From Halobacteriales archaeon SW_5_70_135 (GTDB lineage Archaea; Halobacteriota; Halobacteria; Halobacteriales; SW-7-71-33), in NCBI GenBank assembly GCA_003022865.1, contig PXSK01000009.1, forward strand, positions 16,274 through 80,273: a stretch of 64,000 nt of DNA. Reading direction: 5' to 3'. Below the pieces are notes generated by a model. The model was given only the letters and a program-made list of their open reading frames with translations, made no database searches and was not told the DNA's origin. The translations under genes were made by a program, and so were the position numbers. How positions within the stretch are numbered: the first letter of the stretch is position 1; each line of letters begins with the position of its first letter. Shown here one piece after another: positions 58,837-64,000 of this stretch.

Positions 58837-60264
58837 ATGAGCTCACAGGACAACCTGCAGGAGACGGACACGGAAGCTCGCTTCGAGTTCAAAAAAGAGG
58901 AGAACTCCGCGTTCGAGTCAGAGAAGGGACTGACCGAGGAGACGATCCGCGTCATCTCGGCTGACAAGGACGAGCCGGAGTGGATGCTGCAGCGTCGGCT
59001 GCGCGCGCTGGAGCAGTTCAAGCAGATGCCGATGCCGACCGACTGGCCCGGCCAGCCGGACCTCTCGGAGATCGACGTCGACGAGATCGTCCCGTACATC
59101 CGCCCGGACATCGACACCCGTGGCGGCGTGGACGACTGGGAGGACCTGCCCGACGACATCAAAGACACCTTCGACAAGCTGGGTATCCCCGAGGCGGAGA
59201 AGGAGGCGCTCTCCGGCGTCGGCGCGCAGTACGAGTCGGAGATCGTCTACCAGAACATGCAGGAACGCTGGGAGGAGAAAGGCGTCGTCTTCTGTGACAT
59301 GGACGAGGCCGTCCAGGAGCACGAGGAGGTCCTCAAGGAGTACTTCATGACGAAGGCCGTGCCGCCGAGCGACAACAAGTTCGCCGCCCTGCACGGGGCG
59401 GTCTGGTCGGGCGGCTCGTTCGTCTACGTCCCCGAGGGGGTCACCATCGAGATGCCGGTACAGGCGTACTTCCGGATGAACTCGGAGGGGATGGGCCAGT
59501 TCGAGCACACGCTCATCGTCGCCGAGGAGGGCAGCGAGGTCCACTACATCGAGGGCTGTTCCGCGCCGCAGTACGCCACTCACTCGCTTCACAGCGGGGG
59601 CGTCGAGGTGTTCGTCAAGGAGGACGCCCACGTCCAGTACTCCACGGTGCAGAACTGGTCGAAGAACACGTACAACCTCAACACCAAGCGCGCCATCGTC
59701 GAGGAGAACGGCACGATGGAGTGGGTGTCGGGGTCGATGGGCTCGAAGGCCACGATGCTGTACCCCTCCTCGATCCTGAAGGGACGGGGCGCGACGGACA
59801 ACCACATCACCATCGCCTTCGCCGGCGAGGGCCAGGACATCGACACCGGCGCGAAGGTGTACCACAACGCGCCGGAGACGAAGTCGACGATCGAGTCGAA
59901 GTCCATCTCGAAGGACGGCGGCCGCACCAACTACCGCGGTCTGGTGCACATCTCCGACGGCGCCGAGGGTTCGAGCACGGCCGTGGAGTGTGACGCCCTG
60001 ATGTTCGACAACGAGTCGACCAGCGACACGATGCCGTACATGGAGATCCAGGAGTCACAGGTCGACGTCGCCCACGAGGCGACCGTCGGCAAGATCGGCG
60101 ACGAGGACGTGTTCTACCTCCAGTCCCGCGGCCTGGACGACGACGACGCCAAGCAGATGATCGTCGCCGGCTTCATCGAGCCGATCACCGAGGAGCTGCC
60201 GATCGAGTACGCCGTCGAGCTGAACCGGCTCATCGAGCTGGAGATGGAAGGGAGCCTCGGATGA
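58837..60264 (+). CDS. sufB: Fe-S cluster assembly protein SufB
   Basis: 475 aa: FVYVPEGV...YFRMN, HYIEGCSAP and the C-terminal DVAHEATVGKIGDEDVFYLQSRGL are SufB hallmarks. Confidence 0.93.
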   Translation: MSSQDNLQETDTEARFEFKKEENSAFESEKGLTEETIRVISADKDEPEWMLQRRLRALEQFKQMPMPTDWPGQPDLSEIDVDEIVPYIRPDIDTRGGVDDWEDLPDDIKDTFDKLGIPEAEKEALSGVGAQYESEIVYQNMQERWEEKGVVFCDMDEAVQEHEEVLKEYFMTKAVPPSDNKFAALHGAVWSGGSFVYVPEGVTIEMPVQAYFRMNSEGMGQFEHTLIVAEEGSEVHYIEGCSAPQYATHSLHSGGVEVFVKEDAHVQYSTVQNWSKNTYNLNTKRAIVEENGTMEWVSGSMGSKATMLYPSSILKGRGATDNHITIAFAGEGQDIDTGAKVYHNAPETKSTIESKSISKDGGRTNYRGLVHISDGAEGSSTAVECDALMFDNESTSDTMPYMEIQESQVDVAHEATVGKIGDEDVFYLQSRGLDDDDAKQMIVAGFIEPITEELPIEYAVELNRLIELEMEGSLG

Positions 60265-61544
60265 GCACGCAGGTGCACGCGACCGTCGACGAGAGCACCG
60301 TCCGGGAGATAAGCGAGTCACTGGACGAACCGGAGTGGCTGCTGCGGACCCGACTCGAGGCGCTCTCGGTGCTGGAGGAGCTGGAGATGCCGGACGTGAT
60401 CCGCACACCCGGCCGTGACTGGACCGACCTCGCGGCGCTCGACTTCGAGTCGCTGGTCGACCCCCTGAACGCCGCCGAGCGCAAGGACCAGGTCGGACCC
60501 GAGGAGGCGGAGGTGCTGTCCTTCGCCGAGGCGCTGTCGGAGCGTCCGGAGCTCGTCGAGGAGCGGTTCGGCAGCGTCGTCGACCCGCAGCGGGACTACC
60601 TCACCGCGCTGTCGACGGCGCTGTTCTCGACCGGCACCGTCGTCTACGTCCCCGAGCGGGTGAACGCCGAGGACGTGACGGTGCGGACGGAGATGCACTC
60701 CCGGTCGCTGTTCAACTACACGCTGGTGGTCACGGAGACCTCCACCTCGGTGACGGTGCTCGAACGGCAGTCCACCGGCAGCGAGGCGCCACGGGCCTCG
60801 GGCGGCGCCGACGAGGGACGCTACTACTCCGGCATCGTCGAGGTCGTCGCCGGCGAGAACAGCCACGTGCAGTACGGCGCCCTGCAGGACCTCTCCGAGG
60901 AGACGTACAACTACCAGGTGAAACGCGGCGCCGCGCCGGACAACGCCACCGTCTCCTTCGTCGACGGCAACCTGGGGTCGCGACTGACGAAGTCGAGCGT
61001 CGAGACCGAGCTCGTCGGCCAGGGTTCGGAGGCGCGGATCGTCGGCGCCTTCTTCGGACAGCACGACCAGCACTTCGACATCGCCTCGCGAGTGTGGCAC
61101 CGGACCGAACACACCACCGCCGACCTGGTGACGCGGGGCGTGCTCGACGACACCGCCCGCTCCGTCTACGAGGGCGTCCAGGACGTCGGTCGCGACGCCT
61201 GGGACACCAGCTCCTACCAGCGGGAGAACACGCTGATGCTGTCCGAGGAGTCCGAGGCCGACGCCTCGCCGAAGCTGATCATCAACAACCACGACACCGA
61301 GGCGAGCCACTCGGCGACGGTCGGCCAGATCGACGAGGAGGAGCTGTTCTACATGCTCGCCCGCGGCGTCGGGCAGCGCCGGGCCCGCAACATGCTCGTC
61401 GAGGGCTTCTTCGTTCCCGTCCTCGACGAGATCGAGGTCGAGGAGCTCCGCGAGGACCTCCAGAGCGGCGTCGCGGCCCGACTGCGCGAGGACACCGCCG
61501 AGGCGAAGGCCGAGGCCGCGGCAGAGACGGCGGCCGGCGACTGA
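60261..61544 (+). CDS. sufD: Fe-S cluster assembly protein SufD
   Basis: 427 aa. Its start overlaps the sufB stop by 4 nt. The SufBD-family C-terminus is EASHSATVGQIDEEELFYMLARGV. Confidence 0.88.
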   Translation: MSTQVHATVDESTVREISESLDEPEWLLRTRLEALSVLEELEMPDVIRTPGRDWTDLAALDFESLVDPLNAAERKDQVGPEEAEVLSFAEALSERPELVEERFGSVVDPQRDYLTALSTALFSTGTVVYVPERVNAEDVTVRTEMHSRSLFNYTLVVTETSTSVTVLERQSTGSEAPRASGGADEGRYYSGIVEVVAGENSHVQYGALQDLSEETYNYQVKRGAAPDNATVSFVDGNLGSRLTKSSVETELVGQGSEARIVGAFFGQHDQHFDIASRVWHRTEHTTADLVTRGVLDDTARSVYEGVQDVGRDAWDTSSYQRENTLMLSEESEADASPKLIINNHDTEASHSATVGQIDEEELFYMLARGVGQRRARNMLVEGFFVPVLDEIEVEELREDLQSGVAARLREDTAEAKAEAAAETAAGD

Positions 61545-61644
61545 CCTCGCGTCGCTTCTCACGACTCGCGGGGCGGGGCGACCTCGCGTTTCGGGACCGT
61601 ATCGAGCGACGGGCTGAAGCCGGAGCGACCCGGAACGCGTGTCA

Positions 61645-61806
61645 GTGACCGACGCTCGTCCCGTCGTCGTGGTCGACGTCGACAGCCTGCGACCCGACCA
61701 CGTCGGCGCGTACGGCCATCCGCGGCCGACGACGCCGACGGTCGACCGGCTCGTCGAGCGCGGGCCAGCGGGTCATCGGTTCCGACGGTGGGGGGCCGAC
61801 CGGTGA
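61645..61806 (+). pseudogene. N-terminal remnant (53 codons) of a sulfatase / alkaline-phosphatase-superfamily gene
   Basis: My own translation from the GTG at 61645 gives VTDARPVVVVDVDSLRPDHVGAYGHPRPTTPTVDRLVERG. This is the typical sulfatase N-terminus. It then degenerates (PAGHRFRRWGADR*) before the Cys/Ser-x-P-x-R active site. Confidence 0.5.
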
Positions 61807-61837
61807 GCGACGACCGCGAGCAGAGAGTCTTAAGTGA

Positions 61838-62338
61838 GTGCCGCACCGCCGTTACGGCATGAGCCTCGGGCAGCGAGTGACCTCCGACCACCAGCTCGCG
61901 CGGCTGCTGCAGATCGGGACGGTGCTGGAGGAGGTCGTCGAGGCCCGGGCGCTGCGACACGCCGACGAGCTGTCGGGGGCGGACAGGGAGACCCGACGAC
62001 TGCTGTCCGAGGCCGCGGAGGAGTCCGCCGAGCACCGCCGTCTGCTGGCGGAGCTGCTCGACGAACTGGACGCCGGCTCGGTGCCGTACGAGGAGGTCGA
62101 GCGACTCGTCGAGGAGCGGTACGCGGCGACGACCGACAGCGACGGCCTGCTGTACGACCAGCTCTGCAACGAGGAGACCGCATACAAGTTCTACGACGAC
62201 CTCGTCGACGCCCTCGAAGCGTCGGAGGTCACCTTCAGCGTCGACCGCGACCGCGTTCTGAGGACGCTGCGGGCGATCCGCGCCGACGAGGAAGCGGGCG
62301 TCGAGGCAGTCACGCGACTCATGGAGCGCCAGGAATGA
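61838..62338 (+). CDS. Ferritin-like / rubrerythrin-fold four-helix-bundle protein
   Basis: 166-aa helical ORF with paired E..H motifs (EESAEHRRLL, NEETAYKFY). It lies between sufD and the DtxR-type regulator. The start may be Met at 61859. Confidence 0.6.
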   Translation: MPHRRYGMSLGQRVTSDHQLARLLQIGTVLEEVVEARALRHADELSGADRETRRLLSEAAEESAEHRRLLAELLDELDAGSVPYEEVERLVEERYAATTDSDGLLYDQLCNEETAYKFYDDLVDALEASEVTFSVDRDRVLRTLRAIRADEEAGVEAVTRLMERQE

Positions 62339-62411
62339 CCGAGACGGAGCACACGACCCGAGCGCGCCGACGGCTCGACAGTCACGACCCCGAGCGGGAG
62401 GCGATGGCCCC

Positions 62412-62837
62412 GTGAACACCGCCGACCAGTATCTCAAGGCGATCTACGTCGTCCAAGAGGCCCGCGACGGCCCCGCCTCGACGGGCGACCTGGCGGACAC
62501 GCTGGAGGTGAGTCCCGCGAGCGCCAACGAGATGATCGGCAAGCTCGAACGGCGCGGGCTGGCCGACCACGAGAAGTACGAGGGCGTCGAGTTGACCGAC
62601 GAGGGTATCGTCCGCGCCCGCGAGGCGCTGCAGACGTACTGCATCATCGAGCGCTTTCTGGCGAACGTCCTCGAAGTCGAGGCCTACCAGGAAGAGGCCC
62701 GCGCCCTGGAGAGTGTCATCGACGACACCGTCGCCGAGCGACTGGACACCATCATCGACCGCCGCGAGGAGTGCCCGGACTGTTTCGGGGCGGACTGGAC
62801 GCCGAGGGCGCGGATTGACGCCGTCGCGTGGCTTTGA
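62412..62837 (+). CDS. DtxR/IdeR/MntR-family metal-dependent transcriptional regulator
   Basis: ADQYLKAIYVVQEARDGPASTGDLADTLEVSPASANEMIGKLERRGL...GVELTDEG is the canonical DtxR N-terminal HTH plus dimerisation helix. The start is a GTG. Confidence 0.85.
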   Translation: MNTADQYLKAIYVVQEARDGPASTGDLADTLEVSPASANEMIGKLERRGLADHEKYEGVELTDEGIVRAREALQTYCIIERFLANVLEVEAYQEEARALESVIDDTVAERLDTIIDRREECPDCFGADWTPRARIDAVAWL

Positions 62838-62865
62838 TAACCCCGAGTCGCTTACCGGTGAGTGG

Positions 62866-62969
62866 AGCCCTGTGGTGTAGCGGCCAATCATATGGGCCTT
62901 TGGACGTGGTCGGTCCCGGCCGTACACGAAAGAGAGCCCATGACGGTGGTTCGAATCCGCCCGGGGCTA
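62866..62969 (+). tRNA. tRNA-Gln (anticodon UUG) with a 31-nt intron at 37/38 (about 62904-62934)
   Basis: Hand-folded: acceptor AGCCCUG/CGGGGCU, anticodon stem UGGGC/GCCCA, loop CUUUGG[intron]A, T arm GGUGG-UUCGAAU-CCGCC, discriminator A. The mature length is 73 nt. An AT-rich T-run follows. Confidence 0.85.
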
Positions 62970-63133
62970 CTATAAAAAATATTATACTTTTGTGGAGCCG
63001 TCAGAACTCGGCGACGGAAGTCTGTTCGTTCGGGCCGGCGTCCACCGCGAGTCGGGCGTACGGGTCGTCGGCGGGCGTGCCACTCGGGTCGCCGGACGAG
63101 ACGTAAGGATCACGCCGGCCCGCGGCGGCCGAG

Positions 63134-64000
63134 TCAGCCGCCCGTGACCGTCAGCCAGGCGACGAACACGACTGTGCCACCGAGCAGGGTCGCGCCCACG
63201 GCGTGCAGGCGGAGGCGGTCGAGGCGGTGGTGAGCCTCGTCGCCGAGGTCGGCGACGGTGTGGATCTCGCCGCCGACCTCGCACTCGGGGAGGAAGTCGG
63301 TGCCGACGTGGAGAAAGACGCCGGCGGCGAAGCCGAAGACGAGACCGTTGAGCACGGGGTCGGCGGGCAGGGCGACGGCACTCGCAGTGAGGGCGGTCAG
63401 GCCGACGCCGCTGGCGGGCACCAGCAGGACGGCCGTCGACCGGCCGCGGGTGGCGAGCCGTCGGGCGGCCGCGTAACCAGCCGGCCCCTTGTGGGAGACG
63501 ATGGCGAGGCCGAGCAGCAGACCCAGGTCGGGCACGTTGCCGTAGACGACGCCGATGACGCTGCCGGCGGCCAGCGCGTGTGCCGACAGTTCGACGGCCG
63601 TACGGTCGAACACGGAAGCGTGGGTGAGTCGGTGGCCGACGACGTGAGCCGCGTAGCCGAGCAGCACGCCGGCGGCGACGCCGAAGCCGCCGTACGCCGG
63701 GTGGTGGCCGACCGCGTCGGGCAGTAAGAAGACCGCCGCGCTGGTGATCATCGCCCCGCTCGCGAGGCCGTACCCCCACACCAGCGGTCGCGCTCGCCGG
63801 TCCGACGCCGCACGCCACCCCAGCGGCACCGCTCCCGCCATCGCACCGAAGGCGACCCAGGAGATACCGATCAGCTTCCACGGCGGGTCGCCCGTGCCGA
63901 CGCTGGCGACGGTCAGTGCCGCCAGCGCGACGACCGCACCGCCGCCGACCGCCACTCCGCGACGCGAGTTAATAACATCGACTGCCAAATTATTACTCAC
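63134..64000 (-). CDS. ZIP-family divalent metal (Zn/Fe) transporter; its start is at or beyond the right window edge
   Basis: Polytopic membrane ORF with LAIVSHKGPAGYA and HVGTDFLPE motifs, typical of ZIP/ZupT-like permeases. Confidence 0.75.
   Translation of the reverse strand: MSNNLAVDVINSRRGVAVGGGAVVALAALTVASVGTGDPPWKLIGISWVAFGAMAGAVPLGWRAASDRRARPLVWGYGLASGAMITSAAVFLLPDAVGHHPAYGGFGVAAGVLLGYAAHVVGHRLTHASVFDRTAVELSAHALAAGSVIGVVYGNVPDLGLLLGLAIVSHKGPAGYAAARRLATRGRSTAVLLVPASGVGLTALTASAVALPADPVLNGLVFGFAAGVFLHVGTDFLPECEVGGEIHTVADLGDEAHHRLDRLRLHAVGATLLGGTVVFVAWLTVTGG

Noticed and set aside
62982-63133. Protein-like frame downstream of the ZIP transporter gene (...PYVSSGDPSGTPADDPYARLAVDAGPNEQTSVAEF*).
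   Set aside because: There is no ATG, GTG or TTG start in the frame before it runs into the ZIP coding region in a different frame. It is short and has no recognisable motif, so it is probably chance coding-like composition in GC-rich DNA.

Overview
This is a high-GC segment (about 68-77% in hand-counted lines) of a haloarchaeal (class Halobacteria) chromosome. Supporting signs are very acidic proteins, a PGF-CTERM surface glycoprotein, Tat signals, intron-bearing tRNA-Met and tRNA-Gln, class I LysRS, PAN, and the rpl37ae-rpoP-pcc1-pfdB cluster. Most of the window is ordinary housekeeping: dcd, pth2, bcp, aspS, topA, gatB, lysS, pyrH, moaE, thiL, guaA, pan, sufCBD, a DtxR-type regulator and a ZIP transporter.

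The unusual part is a concentration of selfish genetic elements. A class II ribonucleotide reductase gene (nrdJ, 4758-13002) carries four LAGLIDADG inteins, about 60% of the gene. The family B DNA polymerase gene (polB, 51243-57749) carries three more, about 58% of the gene. A low-GC island of about 1 kb sits directly after the nrdJ stop codon. It encodes a free-standing protein with NUMOD3-like repeats and a PD-(D/E)XK nuclease motif, which looks like a homing endonuclease.

Several inteins in the same gene are close paralogues: nrdJ inteins 1, 2 and 4, and polB inteins a and b. The host genes also show lesions. The reading frame breaks at the N-terminal junction of nrdJ intein 1. nrdJ intein 3 ends in RG instead of HN inside the catalytic NPCGEQ motif. 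polB appears to lack the segment that carries the Exo III tyrosine.

Short runs of A/T-ending codons interrupt the otherwise GC3-saturated exteins at highly conserved motifs. Other notable features are a 2.4-copy tandem repeat that duplicates the aspS 3' end, a hairpin-dense non-coding spacer of about 790 bp upstream of polB, a possible pantoate kinase / phosphopantothenate synthetase fusion with a doubtful kinase half, a start-proximal frameshift in a PDZ site-2 protease, and a sulfatase gene remnant.

All boundaries and counts were derived by hand from the sequence and the ORF track. The frame lesions could be real gene decay or assembly indels; I cannot tell which from here. Many long ORFs in the track are Arg/Pro/Gly-rich antisense or off-frame shadows of real genes and are not reported.
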